In this document: piece by piece, positions 15,773 to 25,225 of the stretch
How positions within the stretch are numbered: the stretch's first letter is position 1
Layout of the letters: each line of letters begins with the position of its first letter
Origin: an uncultured Candidatus Berkelbacteria bacterium
GTDB taxonomy: Bacteria > Patescibacteriota > UBA1384 > CAILIB01
Assembly: GCA_903834195.1 (NCBI GenBank)
Contig: CAILIB010000037.1
Location: 19 to 64,018 of the forward strand
Direction of reading: 5' to 3'
DNA length: 64,000 bases
The notes under the pieces: generated by a model
What the model saw: only the letters and a program-made list of their open reading frames with translations
Databases searched by the model: none
What the model was told of the DNA's origin: nothing
Translations under genes and position numbers: made by a program

Positions 15773-16932
15773 TGGAGAAGGTGATTGTAGCCATGTCTGG
15801 AGGAGTAGACTCTTCAGTTACAGCTGCTCTTTTGAAGGAGCAGGGATTTGAGGTGGAGGGGATGTTCATGAAAAATTGGTCACCAGAAACAATTCAATCA
15901 CTAACAGATTGTCCATGGGAACAGGATCAGACAGATGCGGCAGCAGTGTGTGAGCATTTAGGTATACCATTTCGATCAATTAATTTTGAGCGCGAGTATA
16001 AAGAAAAAGTTGTGGATTACTTTTTGCGCGAGTATGCAGCAGGGCGAACACCAAACCCGGATATTATGTGCAACAAGGAGATTAAGTTTGCTGCTTTTTT
16101 GTATGCGGCTGAGGAGATGGGAGCTTCTCGAATCGCAACTGGACACTATGTTAAAGCTGTTGATGGGCAGTTATTTAGAGGCATTGATCCGCGTAAGGAT
16201 CAGTCATATTTTCTTCATACGCTGAATAAAAATCAGATTGACCGCAGTATATTTCCGCTAGGAGAGTTAACTAAACCTGAAGTACGTGAGCTTGCAGAGA
16301 AGTTTGGCTTACCAACTGCTAAGAAGAAAGATAGTCAGGGCATATGTTTCATAGGTCATATTGATCTGAAACAGTTTCTTATGGAGCAGATCGGAGTAAA
16401 GCAAGGTTCAGTGTATCTACTTCCAGATTATACTGAAGGTCAGACAATTGATGATCGTATAGCATCGTCACTGCTTGTTGGTAAGCATCAAGGGTCGATG
16501 TTCTACACTCATGGTGAGCGTGCACGTAGTTGCATCGACAATCGACTGTACCGTATTATCACTGGAAATGTTGATGTTGAGCCATGTTATGTAGTAGCTA
16601 TCAGAGCCAAAGAAAATACTATATATGTGACAAGACAGCACAATGATCCACATCTATATACTTCAACGCATACCCTTGAGGGGTTTATGTTCACTGGAAG
16701 CACTGGTGAATTAGATGAAGTATCGACTCTCGATGCTATGGCAAAAAATTATGAGCTTACCTGCCAAATTCGGTATCAGCAAAAACCGTTGAAAGTACTA
16801 GGGGTGGAAAAATCAGGGGAAGATCTGATTGTTACAACCGAACCACTCTGGGCAGTAATGGAAGGTCAGTCACTTGTAATCTATAAAGATGAGCGCGTTA
16901 TTGGAGGAGGTGTAGTATGCGCTACCAACTAA
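15772..16932 (+). CDS. mnmA: tRNA-specific 2-thiouridylase
   Basis: PP-loop VAMSGGVDSSV, NPDIMCN, and the ATGHY and KDQSYFL motifs. Confidence 0.95.
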   Translation: MEKVIVAMSGGVDSSVTAALLKEQGFEVEGMFMKNWSPETIQSLTDCPWEQDQTDAAAVCEHLGIPFRSINFEREYKEKVVDYFLREYAAGRTPNPDIMCNKEIKFAAFLYAAEEMGASRIATGHYVKAVDGQLFRGIDPRKDQSYFLHTLNKNQIDRSIFPLGELTKPEVRELAEKFGLPTAKKKDSQGICFIGHIDLKQFLMEQIGVKQGSVYLLPDYTEGQTIDDRIASSLLVGKHQGSMFYTHGERARSCIDNRLYRIITGNVDVEPCYVVAIRAKENTIYVTRQHNDPHLYTSTHTLEGFMFTGSTGELDEVSTLDAMAKNYELTCQIRYQQKPLKVLGVEKSGEDLIVTTEPLWAVMEGQSLVIYKDERVIGGGVVCATN

Positions 16933-18923
16933 CTGATTCAGTTCGACTTATTCCAGGAGTTGGTCCAAAGCTTTTAGAAGGCTTAGAACGAATGGAGATT
17001 CGTACATTCTCAGACATTATAGGATGGTATCCTCGCCGGTACATTGATGGATCGCGACCTACTCCTGTTGCGCAGTTACCAAAAGGAATGACTTCGGCAG
17101 TTCGGGTGACTATCATTTCAGTAAATAGTCATCGCACCCCTAGTCGCATGCAATTTGTTGATGCGCGCTGTGCTGATGAAAGTGGGGAAATTACTGTGCG
17201 CTGGTTTAATCAGCCTTATGTCCAAAAAAAGTTGGAAGTAGGTAGTGAGTGGATTTTTATTGGATCGGCTGAAATATTTCGTGGAAATTTACAAATGGTA
17301 AATCCGCGAATAGTTGAAGAACCTGAAGTAATTCCATTGTATTCACAAACGAGTACGGTTAGCACAAATGCATTGCGTGGGTTTATCAAGTTTGCACTAG
17401 ATAATTGTGATCTATCTGAACATCTCCCAACTTCAATTCGCGAGCGTGAAGGATTGATTTCATTTGCCGAAGCAATGGATATTATTCATCGACCTAAGCA
17501 AATGGATGACTTGCTTGAAGCCCAGCGGTACATTGCCTTTCAGGAAACATTTGAGTTTTTTGTCAGTATTCTACAAAGTCGTGGAACAGAGGATGCGCAG
17601 GCGGGTATTCCTATGTCGGTTGATTTAGAATGGCTGAAACGAGTTGTAGAGTCGTTACCGTTTGAGTTAACTGCAGGGCAAAAACGGGTAGTCTGGGATG
17701 CAGTACAGGAAATGACCGAAGGAAAATTGATGACTCGCCTTATCAACGGTGATGTGGGATCTGGCAAGACAGTGATTGCTGCCCTGGTTGCTGCCGTTGT
17801 GGCTCGGGCTGGTTTTCGAACTGTGCTCTTGGTTCCAACAGAAATCCTTGCAAAGCAACATAGTCAAAGTATTGCCGCACTTTTGCAGACTGCTGGAGTT
17901 CGTGTAGCACTGTACACCGCTGCACAAAAAGACGATCTTAAAGACGCAGATTTAGTTGTGGGAACGCACGCAGTATTACAAGAAAAATTTGAATTAGATC
18001 GAGTAGGATTGGTCGTAATTGATGAGCAACACAGGTTTGGTGTTCGTCAGAGGGCGATTTTACGTGACTTATCAGAACAGGTTCCTCACCTCCTTTCGAT
18101 GACGGCCACGCCAATTCCACGTACACTTGCACTTGTTCTGTTTGCTGACCTTACAGTTTCTGTACTGCGCGAAAAACCAAAAAATCGCCTTCCGGTTGAT
18201 ACTCAGATTATTTATCCACGTGAGCGAGCACAAATTCATCAGCGGGTGATGTCTGAGTTGCAGCAGGGTCATCAAATATTTGTTCTCTGTCCACTTATTG
18301 AAGAAAAACCTGATGAAGAAGAATTACGTCTTTTTGATGTTGAAAAAGAGAAGAAAACAGTAATTAAGGAAGCTGAGCGTTTACGAACAGAGCATCCTGA
18401 ATACGGAGTGATTGAAGTTATCCACGGTAAAATGAAACCTGCCGAAAAGCGTGACGTAATGGAGCGGATGGCGCGAGGTGAAGTGAATATGTTGGTAGCA
18501 ACGTCGGTTATTGAAGTTGGTGTTGATGTGCCAAATGCCACAGTAATGGTAATTGAAAATGCTGAGCAATTTGGATTAGCGCAGTTGCACCAGTTGCGCG
18601 GTCGGGTTGGTCGTGGGTTGGCTCAATCATACTGTTTACTCTGTCCTTCGCATCCAGGTGGTCCAGCGATAGATCGACTTCGTGTGCTTGTGGATCATGA
18701 TTCTGGTTTTGATGTAGCAGAAGAAGATTTGGCCTTACGCGGTCCGGGAGATATTACTGGGTTGGCACAATCTGGGTTACCAAGTTTTCGTATGGCACGT
18801 CTTACTGATATTGATTTTCTTCAGCATGTTAAGGATGTTGCACAGGAATATCTTTCTTCTGGCAATAAAGAGGCTCTTGAAGGTATGTCCGACTATTCTC
18901 ATATTAAGGCGAGCTTAGAATAG
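16917..18923 (+). CDS. recG: ATP-dependent DNA helicase RecG
   Basis: Wedge-domain N-terminus, Walker A GDVGSGKT, DEQHRFG, TATPIPRTL, QLHQLRGRVGRG. Confidence 0.95.
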   Translation: MRYQLTDSVRLIPGVGPKLLEGLERMEIRTFSDIIGWYPRRYIDGSRPTPVAQLPKGMTSAVRVTIISVNSHRTPSRMQFVDARCADESGEITVRWFNQPYVQKKLEVGSEWIFIGSAEIFRGNLQMVNPRIVEEPEVIPLYSQTSTVSTNALRGFIKFALDNCDLSEHLPTSIREREGLISFAEAMDIIHRPKQMDDLLEAQRYIAFQETFEFFVSILQSRGTEDAQAGIPMSVDLEWLKRVVESLPFELTAGQKRVVWDAVQEMTEGKLMTRLINGDVGSGKTVIAALVAAVVARAGFRTVLLVPTEILAKQHSQSIAALLQTAGVRVALYTAAQKDDLKDADLVVGTHAVLQEKFELDRVGLVVIDEQHRFGVRQRAILRDLSEQVPHLLSMTATPIPRTLALVLFADLTVSVLREKPKNRLPVDTQIIYPRERAQIHQRVMSELQQGHQIFVLCPLIEEKPDEEELRLFDVEKEKKTVIKEAERLRTEHPEYGVIEVIHGKMKPAEKRDVMERMARGEVNMLVATSVIEVGVDVPNATVMVIENAEQFGLAQLHQLRGRVGRGLAQSYCLLCPSHPGGPAIDRLRVLVDHDSGFDVAEEDLALRGPGDITGLAQSGLPSFRMARLTDIDFLQHVKDVAQEYLSSGNKEALEGMSDYSHIKASLE

Positions 18924-18960
18924 AATTGTTTGGTGTACGGTCTTGCGATAGTGTGGCCGT

Positions 18961-19599
18961 ATGACTCACCTACTTCGCAAAATTCTCCTTAAGATTCGTC
19001 ATACTCCATCGTATGTGTGGAGGGTTTCTGTCTGTGCGATTCTATTCAGTTCTATTGGAGTTGCTTGGAATATCCCAGCAAGTCATCGATGGTTAGGTGT
19101 GCAACTTGGTTTGGAGCCAGTGGTTGTTGAGGCGAGCTCAGGTACAGAAAATCAGCCTGATGTAGCACTCTCCGAGCGTGTACAAAATCTTGAGGGTGCG
19201 CTCAGTACTATGCAGCAAGAACAAAAGCAAAATACTACAACAATGCAGCAGTTGCATGACGATTTTCAAAAAGCAGTTGCTGAGGTTGCTCAAACTAATG
19301 ATCAATTACAAAAGCAGGCTGAACAGCTCAATAAAATTGCAAAATCAGTTACAGCACCTAAAGTTCCTAGTGGAAGCACTGCTGCGACTTCAACTCCAAC
19401 CCCTACTGGAAAGTTGAATATTAATAGTGCAACCGTGGATCAATTTGATGCACTTCCCGGCATAGGTCCAACCTATGCGCAACGAATTATTGACTACCGT
19501 ACTCAGCATGGGCCGTTTAAAACTGTAGATGAACTAGACAATGTTTCAGGTATTGGGCCTTCAACCTTAGACAAGATACGTGACCTGGTTGAGATATAG
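18961..19599 (+). CDS. comEA: ComEA-like DNA-binding competence protein (TM, coiled-coil, tandem helix-hairpin-helix)
   Basis: C-terminus LNINSATVDQFDALPGIGPTYAQRIIDYR...LDNVSGIGPSTLDKI contains two HhH GIG motifs. Confidence 0.8.
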   Translation: MTHLLRKILLKIRHTPSYVWRVSVCAILFSSIGVAWNIPASHRWLGVQLGLEPVVVEASSGTENQPDVALSERVQNLEGALSTMQQEQKQNTTTMQQLHDDFQKAVAEVAQTNDQLQKQAEQLNKIAKSVTAPKVPSGSTAATSTPTPTGKLNINSATVDQFDALPGIGPTYAQRIIDYRTQHGPFKTVDELDNVSGIGPSTLDKIRDLVEI

Positions 19600-19617
19600 G
19601 ATGTTTTCAGCTATAGT
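19589..19617 (+). promoter_or_regulatory. Promoter for tRNA-Leu (TTGAGA-17 nt-TATAGT)
   Basis: -35 at 19589-19594, inside the comEA 3' end. 17-nt spacer. -10 at 19612-19617, 15 nt before the tRNA 5' end. Confidence 0.55.
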
Positions 19618-19632
19618 CACTGAGTACCATCT

Positions 19633-19718
19633 GCCGGGATGGTGGAATGGTAGACACGCTAGCCTTAGGAGCTAGTGCCCGCAAGGGTGTGGAGGTTCGA
19701 GTCCTCTTCCCGGTACCA
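19633..19718 (+). tRNA. tRNA-Leu (anticodon UAG), CCA encoded
   Basis: Cloverleaf read by eye. Acceptor gccggga/tcccggt (G1-U72). Anticodon arm ctagc-CTTAGGA-gctag. Long variable arm. T arm ggagg-ttcgagt-cctct. Terminal ACCA. Confidence 0.9.
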
Positions 19719-19803
19719 AAACAAATAGCGCGTTTCTTTGCTGGTCCTCGCCCTAGAATAAAATAGGGCTGCGGAGGCAAAGAAACGCGCTATTTGTTTT
19801 GGT
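19715..19803. repeat. Perfect 27-bp inverted repeat beginning in the tRNA-Leu ACCA end
   Basis: accaaaacaaatagcgcgtttctttgc (19715-19741) is the exact reverse complement of 19777-19803. The 35-nt spacer holds an inner hairpin gcccta/tagggc (19750-19769). Confidence 0.9.
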
Positions 19804-19950
19804 TCTTTGGTAGGAGAGGACGAGAACCAGGTTCGCCTTCGCCTGAACCTTTCTTTGCGTAGCAAAGAGCGAAGTTAGTGCAACGTTTCTGAACCGCTTC
19901 AATATGAAATGAAAGGTTCAGAAAGTGAGCGTCGCCCTCTTCCGCTCTTG
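19804..19950 (+). ncRNA. Hairpin-rich non-coding segment downstream of tRNA-Leu (candidate structured RNA, strand uncertain)
   Basis: Nested stems: aggttc/gaacct (19829-19850); ctttgc-gta-gcaaag (19853-19867); tttctgaacc/ggttcagaaa (19886-19924); enclosing aagagcgaag (19865-19875) with cttccgctctt (19939-19949). Confidence 0.35.
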
Positions 19951-20065
19951 AACTAGTGAGTAGAATTCCAGTGATGATCCTGTACATATAACTTATTATT
20001 CTAAGCAATTTCTCAGAACCGCAGTACTATACTAAACAAGCTCAAGATTAGTACTAAGGCAGAAT

Positions 20066-20497
20066 ATGACTCAACCAACTTATAAATCAGCGATCGCACA
20101 AGGAAAAGCGTACCGAATATTGCGACAGGGAATAACTGAAGCACTTGAGGATTCGAGTACTTCAATGCCAGAATGGACACTCCTAAGTTTGGTAAATGAG
20201 CGGGGAACAATGCGTCTCAATGAAGTTGCAAGTGAACTCGGGGTTGAGGCTCCCCTTGTTACCGTGTTGGTTAAACAATTGCAGGCAAAAAATTTAGTAC
20301 ATGTGGAGGCGGATGCAACTGATAGTCGTGCGAAAATTATAACACTCACAAAATCAGCACAGAAACTTCTTCCAAGTTTAGAAAGTTCAGTTGGCACACA
20401 TGTTGAACAGGTTTTCAAAGGTGTAGGTGAACGTGATCGAGCTGTATTTTATCGAACCTTAGAGCGACTTTGCGAAAATAACGATCGCACAAAGTAG
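20066..20497 (+). CDS. MarR-family transcriptional regulator
   Basis: Winged HTH: WTLLSLVNERGTMRLNEVASELGVEAPLVTVLVKQLQAKNLVHVEADATDSRAKIITLT. Confidence 0.8.
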   Translation: MTQPTYKSAIAQGKAYRILRQGITEALEDSSTSMPEWTLLSLVNERGTMRLNEVASELGVEAPLVTVLVKQLQAKNLVHVEADATDSRAKIITLTKSAQKLLPSLESSVGTHVEQVFKGVGERDRAVFYRTLERLCENNDRTK

Positions 20498-20517
20498 AGC
20501 TCTGCTATACCTGCGGC

Positions 20518-21138
20518 ATGAATAACAAAATTCTCTACGCTGTGCCGTTTCACCCACAAAAATGGGATCTTTCAACGTGGAAGCAAATGGGGTATCTAAA
20601 TGAAGATGATGCTAGATACTGGGAAAAATCTTGTTGCGGAATACTCTGTTTGCAAATGGCTTTTGAGTACTATTTTGGCAAAAAAATTAACACTCGCGCG
20701 CTTATAGAAGAAGGGCGGGCGCTCAACGGATATACCGATGCGACTGGGTGGAGTCATGCTGGGTTAGTAACATTGGCCAAAGATCATGGAGTGTTAGCTG
20801 ATTCAGTTAGCGTTTCACCGCAGCAAATTGCATCTGAAATTGAGCTTGGCTCGCTTGTAATAATTTCAATCAAGTGGGGATTTCGCAGTGATAAAACCGC
20901 CAGAGAGCGGGTTTTATTTTGGAAGAAATATGGTGGACACTTAGCGCTCGTCATTGGAGTGAAAAAAACAGAAGAAAAGCTTGAGGGCTTCTATGTTCAC
21001 CATACATCGATTCGGGAAGGATATAATTGGGAGTCTCGATTTGTGTCTGTCGAAGATTTTCAAAAAGGGTATACCGGACGCGCAATTATTCTGCCAGATC
21101 CGCGCGTTGACGCTCACATTCCATACGTGGGAAAATAA
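20518..21138 (+). CDS. Peptidase C39-like (papain-fold) domain protein
   Basis: Candidate catalytic Cys in EKSCCGILCLQMA and His in YGGHLALVIG. Size and spacing fit the C39_2-type fold. No search was done. Confidence 0.55.
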   Translation: MNNKILYAVPFHPQKWDLSTWKQMGYLNEDDARYWEKSCCGILCLQMAFEYYFGKKINTRALIEEGRALNGYTDATGWSHAGLVTLAKDHGVLADSVSVSPQQIASEIELGSLVIISIKWGFRSDKTARERVLFWKKYGGHLALVIGVKKTEEKLEGFYVHHTSIREGYNWESRFVSVEDFQKGYTGRAIILPDPRVDAHIPYVGK

Positions 21139-21164
21139 ACATATCTAATCCGTAAGCAACCTCT

Positions 21165-21254
21165 ATGGAAAATGAACAACAAATGACAGAGCAGAAAATG
21201 TGCGAAACCTGCGGGCAAGAAATGTCAGCTGACGGAACCTGCGCCTGCGAATAG
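21165..21254 (+). CDS. Candidate 29-aa acidic 4-Cys micro-protein (CxxC-x9-CxC)
   Basis: ATG at 21165. Sequence MENEQQMTEQKMCETCGQEMSADGTCACE, stop TAG at 21252-21254. A strong terminator lies 16 nt downstream. It is the only ORF in a 240-nt gap. No SD. Confidence 0.35.
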   Translation: MENEQQMTEQKMCETCGQEMSADGTCACE

Positions 21255-21269
21255 TAGTCACAGTTTTCG

Positions 21270-21305
21270 AAAAACACCACTGGTAGTACTGGTGGTGTTT
21301 TTTTG
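21270..21305 (+). terminator. Intrinsic terminator after the micro-ORF
   Basis: Stem aaacaccac/gtggtgttt, 11-nt loop, then a T-run of at least 7. Confidence 0.8.
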
Positions 21306-21378
21306 TGTATCCCTTGTACGACGGGTCGATCCTCGTGGTATTATTAATCAATCAACATAAGTACGTTTATTAAGAAAT

Positions 21379-22059
21379 ATGCGAGAAGCAATTATCGAGC
21401 TCAAAGGGGTGAGCCGAACCTATCGTTTGGGAGACGAAACGGTACACGCCCTCGACAACGTAGGTATAGAAGTAGCTTCAGGTGAGTTTCTTGCCATTAC
21501 TGGTCCGTCTGGATCAGGGAAGTCTACGCTGGCAAATATCATTGGTGGCTTAGATGCACCAGATGCAGGAACAGTGCTTATTGATGGAGAGGACTTATCG
21601 AAGGTAAGCGATAAGCAGCTTTCCTACTACCGAAACAAACACATTGGCTTTGTGTTTCAGTCTTTTAACCTGCAGCCAAATTACAATGCATTGGAAAACG
21701 TCATGCTTCCCCTTGTGCTTGGTAAAGAGAATTCAAAGTCTCGGGCTGCACGCGCAAAAGAGTGTTTAGAAGCAGTTGGGTTAGGTGATCGTTTGCGTCA
21801 CTATCCAAACCAGTTATCAGGTGGACAGCGTCAACGTGTTGCCATTGCTCGTGCCTTGGCAAATCGTCCAAGTATTATCATTGCAGATGAACCAACGGGA
21901 AACCTTGATTCACAAAAGGGAGCTGAAATTATGGCTATCCTAAAGGATCTCAACAAGAACGGAATTACACTGATTGTGATTACACATGACCCTGCAATTG
22001 CTAAACAGGCAAGTCGGGTTGTTTCAATTCATGATGGAAAATTGGAGGAGGGGCGATGA
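21379..22059 (+). CDS. ABC transporter ATP-binding protein (MacB-type)
   Basis: Walker A GPSGSGKST, signature LSGGQRQRVAIARAL, Walker [12 protein letters not shown]. Confidence 0.9.
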   Translation: MREAIIELKGVSRTYRLGDETVHALDNVGIEVASGEFLAITGPSGSGKSTLANIIGGLDAPDAGTVLIDGEDLSKVSDKQLSYYRNKHIGFVFQSFNLQPNYNALENVMLPLVLGKENSKSRAARAKECLEAVGLGDRLRHYPNQLSGGQRQRVAIARALANRPSIIIADEPTGNLDSQKGAEIMAILKDLNKNGITLIVITHDPAIAKQASRVVSIHDGKLEEGR

Positions 22060-23507
22060 AATTCTTTGACTATATACGTTTTGGATTAAAGAACATTTGG
22101 CGACAGAAGGTTCGAACCTTCCTAACCATTTTTGCTATCGTGATTGGTGCGCTTTCAGTAGTGCTGATGTTAACGATTATCTTTGGAGCAAAAGATGCTG
22201 CGATTAATCAGATTGAAAGTTCTGGTGCACTTAATCAGGTAACAGTAAGTAGTAAGGTAGATATTACTGCAAACGATGTATTTCGCAGTAATAGTGGTGG
22301 CGGGTCTGCAGATTCAATAAAGTTGACTGATGCACTGCTTACAAAACTACTCGCACTTCCCCATGTTGCTTCAGGATATGCTCAGTTGAGCGTCTGGCAG
22401 CTAAGTAATGGTGGAGAGGTTACGGATAGTGCGGGTCAGAAAGTTGTCATCGGAAGTGACTCTCAGTTTGTTGGTGTTGTACCAAGTCCTGATAGTGACA
22501 AGCAAATTGCTGCAGGTCGGAATTTAACATCTGACGATGTCTACAGCATGGTTATTGGTCAAGATGCACTAAGTAAGTTAGGGTTCAAAGGTAGTCCACA
22601 AGATGCTATTGGCAAGGTATACAATTTCTCAGTACAAGGATATGTAGGTGACGATAAGAATGTTCCACTTCCGCCTGCTCAACAGTCACAGCAGTCTCCG
22701 AACGATAATAGTTATTGGGATAGTATTCAAAAGCATATCGATACTATCAAGATTACGATTGTTGGTGTTATGACATCAGGCTCGTATGATCAAGAGAATT
22801 TCATCCCAATGTCCCTTGCTCGCAAGTTGATGGTTACAAATATGTGGCAGATCGAAAGTCAGCCACAAAATCAGTGTCAGCCAAATCAGTCATGTCAGCC
22901 GGCAGCTCCGAAGTACATCATGACATCCAATGATCAGTTTACTAACACTCAGGGTGGTGGGTATTCTACCTATGTACTTAAGGCAGATGATTTAGCAAAT
23001 GTAGACGCTGTTGCAGCTTCAGTTAAAACGCTTGGACTCGGCGCTGCTACTGCAAAAGAGATCATCGATCAGATTCAACAGATCTTCAAACTCATCAGTA
23101 TTGTATTTGGAGCAATCGGTGGAATTGCGTTACTTGTTGCAGCAATTGGTGTAGTGAACACCATGGTAATGGCAACGCTTGAGCGTACGCGTGAAATTGG
23201 TGTAATGCGCGCCTGTGGTGCAACAAAGGGTGCTGTGCGCCGTCTATTCACCTTTGAGGCAGCATTGCTCGGGTTCTGGGGTGGAGTGATTGGGTGTGCA
23301 ATTGCCTACGGTCTTATTCTGGCAGTACGTCAGTTTGCAGGTGACCAATTAGTAAAACAGGGTGTTCCCTTAAGTGTATTAGCGATTCCAGTATGGTTAG
23401 CTCTCGCTACCGTTGCAGTAACAACTGTGATTGGTATGATTGCTGGCTACTTACCTGCAGTTCGTGCTGCACGAATGAATCCTGTCGAAGCGCTCCGGTA
23501 CGAATAA
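22056..23507 (+). CDS. ABC transporter permease, FtsX/MacB family with a large extracytoplasmic domain
   Basis: N-terminal transmembrane segment, ~300-aa periplasmic-type domain, and C-terminal ERTREIGVMRACGA plus an FtsX TM bundle. Overlaps the ATPase gene by 4 nt. Confidence 0.85.
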   Translation: MKFFDYIRFGLKNIWRQKVRTFLTIFAIVIGALSVVLMLTIIFGAKDAAINQIESSGALNQVTVSSKVDITANDVFRSNSGGGSADSIKLTDALLTKLLALPHVASGYAQLSVWQLSNGGEVTDSAGQKVVIGSDSQFVGVVPSPDSDKQIAAGRNLTSDDVYSMVIGQDALSKLGFKGSPQDAIGKVYNFSVQGYVGDDKNVPLPPAQQSQQSPNDNSYWDSIQKHIDTIKITIVGVMTSGSYDQENFIPMSLARKLMVTNMWQIESQPQNQCQPNQSCQPAAPKYIMTSNDQFTNTQGGGYSTYVLKADDLANVDAVAASVKTLGLGAATAKEIIDQIQQIFKLISIVFGAIGGIALLVAAIGVVNTMVMATLERTREIGVMRACGATKGAVRRLFTFEAALLGFWGGVIGCAIAYGLILAVRQFAGDQLVKQGVPLSVLAIPVWLALATVAVTTVIGMIAGYLPAVRAARMNPVEALRYE

Positions 23508-23517
23508 AGAGCCAATT

Positions 23518-23546
23518 AAAAAATGCCCCGTTCGGGGCATTTTTTA
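23518..23546. terminator. Bidirectional intrinsic terminator between convergent genes
   Basis: aaaaaa-atgcccc-gttc-ggggcat-ttttt. Overlaps the stop codon of the minus-strand gene. Confidence 0.85.
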
Positions 23547-24659
23547 ATTCTTGGCGAATGCTTTTCTGAGCAATTGACCGAAGACTGGTACAAATACTAT
23601 GAAGAATAGAACGATAGTTACGATCATTCCAACGTACGGGACGATGCGAATGAGGTAGCCAAGTAGCGCACCGGCAAGGAGTTGTGCCCAGAGGTTGTCT
23701 TTGAACTGGGGAAGGATTTGAGCAAGGACGTATCGACCAATGATGAAAAGTCCCAAAACTCCAGCGAGAATCAGAAGGAAAACAAACAGGGCAGCAAATG
23801 CAAAGCCGATTTTTATGCCAATTCCACTGAGGAGGAGAATAAATAAGAGTAATGGCGTGACAGCGAGTGTTACCAGTCCCCAAGCAAGGTTAACTCCGTA
23901 GCCTTGGGTGAATTCGGCGGTAATTGCTTGAACACGAGAAGGAAAGCGGACAACGAGCAGGGCTCCAAAAATGAAGCTTGCAACAAGACTAAAAAGCACA
24001 GATATGAGTAAGTCCATGTTCTGGTTTGGCAGAGGTTCACGAGACGTAATCCCGGTAACCTTAACTGTGCTTAACCCGTCAGCATCAACATCTGATTTAT
24101 AGTTGAGCGCTCCAGCAATACTTCCACCAGTAAACTTGAGTGCTTGAACAGTTCCGGTTACATCGCCGCCAATGACTGCTGAACTTGTCACATTGGAGGC
24201 AGACATATGGACGGTACCGTTTATGGTTCCGGCCAATGTGACATTTGTACCTGAAATCCAAAGGTCTCCTTTTACTACTGAGGCTTTGTCGAAAGTGATA
24301 TCGTTTCCTACGACGTAAATATCGTTGCCGTACTCACCGTTGAAGATGATTGTGCCACCGGCTGCGAATACATTGTAGGCTGTTCCTTTTTCAATAGTGA
24401 TATTGGATCCAGCAAGGTAGGCGCTTCGCCCAGGGGTTTCATTCAGGTTAATCGTGTTTCCAACAGCAAAAAGCTCGCCAGTAAGTGGTGCCTTTAAATT
24501 AAAATCTTGGCCAGCGGTAAACAAGTCACGATGGAGCGCATCAGTGATGGTGGTTGAAGTGTCAGAACGGAACTCAGCAGCATGAGTTGGGAGAGGGTGA
24601 GTGCCTAATATAAGTACCACGAGTGGTACAAGATAAAGCAGGCGACGCATTTTATTCAT
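23544..24659 (-). CDS. Membrane protein with an extracytoplasmic beta-helix repeat domain (bactofilin/DUF4097-like) and a C-terminal multi-TM region
   Basis: Signal peptide ...THPLPTHAAEF. About 170 aa of short repeats (GNTINL, GSNITI, GGTIIF, GNDITF, GTNVTL, GTINGTV). These are followed by 4-5 hydrophobic helices. Confidence 0.5.
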   Translation of the reverse strand: MNKMRRLLYLVPLVVLILGTHPLPTHAAEFRSDTSTTITDALHRDLFTAGQDFNLKAPLTGELFAVGNTINLNETPGRSAYLAGSNITIEKGTAYNVFAAGGTIIFNGEYGNDIYVVGNDITFDKASVVKGDLWISGTNVTLAGTINGTVHMSASNVTSSAVIGGDVTGTVQALKFTGGSIAGALNYKSDVDADGLSTVKVTGITSREPLPNQNMDLLISVLFSLVASFIFGALLVVRFPSRVQAITAEFTQGYGVNLAWGLVTLAVTPLLLFILLLSGIGIKIGFAFAALFVFLLILAGVLGLFIIGRYVLAQILPQFKDNLWAQLLAGALLGYLIRIVPYVGMIVTIVLFFIVFVPVFGQLLRKAFAKN

Positions 24660-24685
24660 AGATAGTTAATTAGCTTCTCTTACCA

Positions 24686-25225
24686 CTATAGTGTACTGGT
24701 TAATTCGCGCCAATGGGATTGGTATTCACTGAAGGCTTTTTCGAAATCTGATCGGGGGGTGAGTTGGATGTCGAGTTCTTTTAGAAGTGCGTGAAGTGAT
24801 TTTTCGGCTGCTTGTGTTTCTGATTCGCCCTCAACCATTTTTTCGATTTCAAGAATGTAGCCGTAGCCACGTGTGTCATCGAGACAAATAGTGAGATCTT
24901 TCCAGGTGAAGCGATGTCGGGTGCGGTACCAGGTGATATCAACTCCAAAACCGATGGTTTCCAAAATGCGTTGTAGCTTGGGATACTCGACGGGGGAAAT
25001 GGCAACCTCCAATTCTTCGCGGGCACGATCATGGATGACGCCGGCTTTTAGTATAAGCTTGGCCGATTGATCACTCTTTTGAATGCGTAAATCGTGTTCA
25101 CCAGTGAAATAGGTGGTAACTTGCGATGTATTCTCTTGCTCCACACCTTCTGTGGACATCCGCTCTAGCAGGTTTTCATACTGCTCCTTGGTGATGAAGC
25201 TGCGAACTTCGACTTCAATACTCAT
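24686..25225 (-). CDS. CYTH-domain protein (class IV adenylate cyclase / triphosphatase fold)
   Basis: N-terminal acidic-strand signature SIEVEVRS (an ExExK-like motif) and a ~180-aa size. Overlaps the SPFH gene by 4 nt. Confidence 0.65.
   Translation of the reverse strand: MSIEVEVRSFITKEQYENLLERMSTEGVEQENTSQVTTYFTGEHDLRIQKSDQSAKLILKAGVIHDRAREELEVAISPVEYPKLQRILETIGFGVDITWYRTRHRFTWKDLTICLDDTRGYGYILEIEKMVEGESETQAAEKSLHALLKELDIQLTPRSDFEKAFSEYQSHWRELTSTL

Noticed and set aside
19665-20008. Minus-strand ORFs of 66 and 72 aa covering the tRNA-Leu 3' half and the hairpin-rich region.
   Set aside because: They overlap a tRNA gene and a 27-bp inverted repeat. Their composition is non-protein-like. 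The region is better explained as structured non-coding DNA or RNA.
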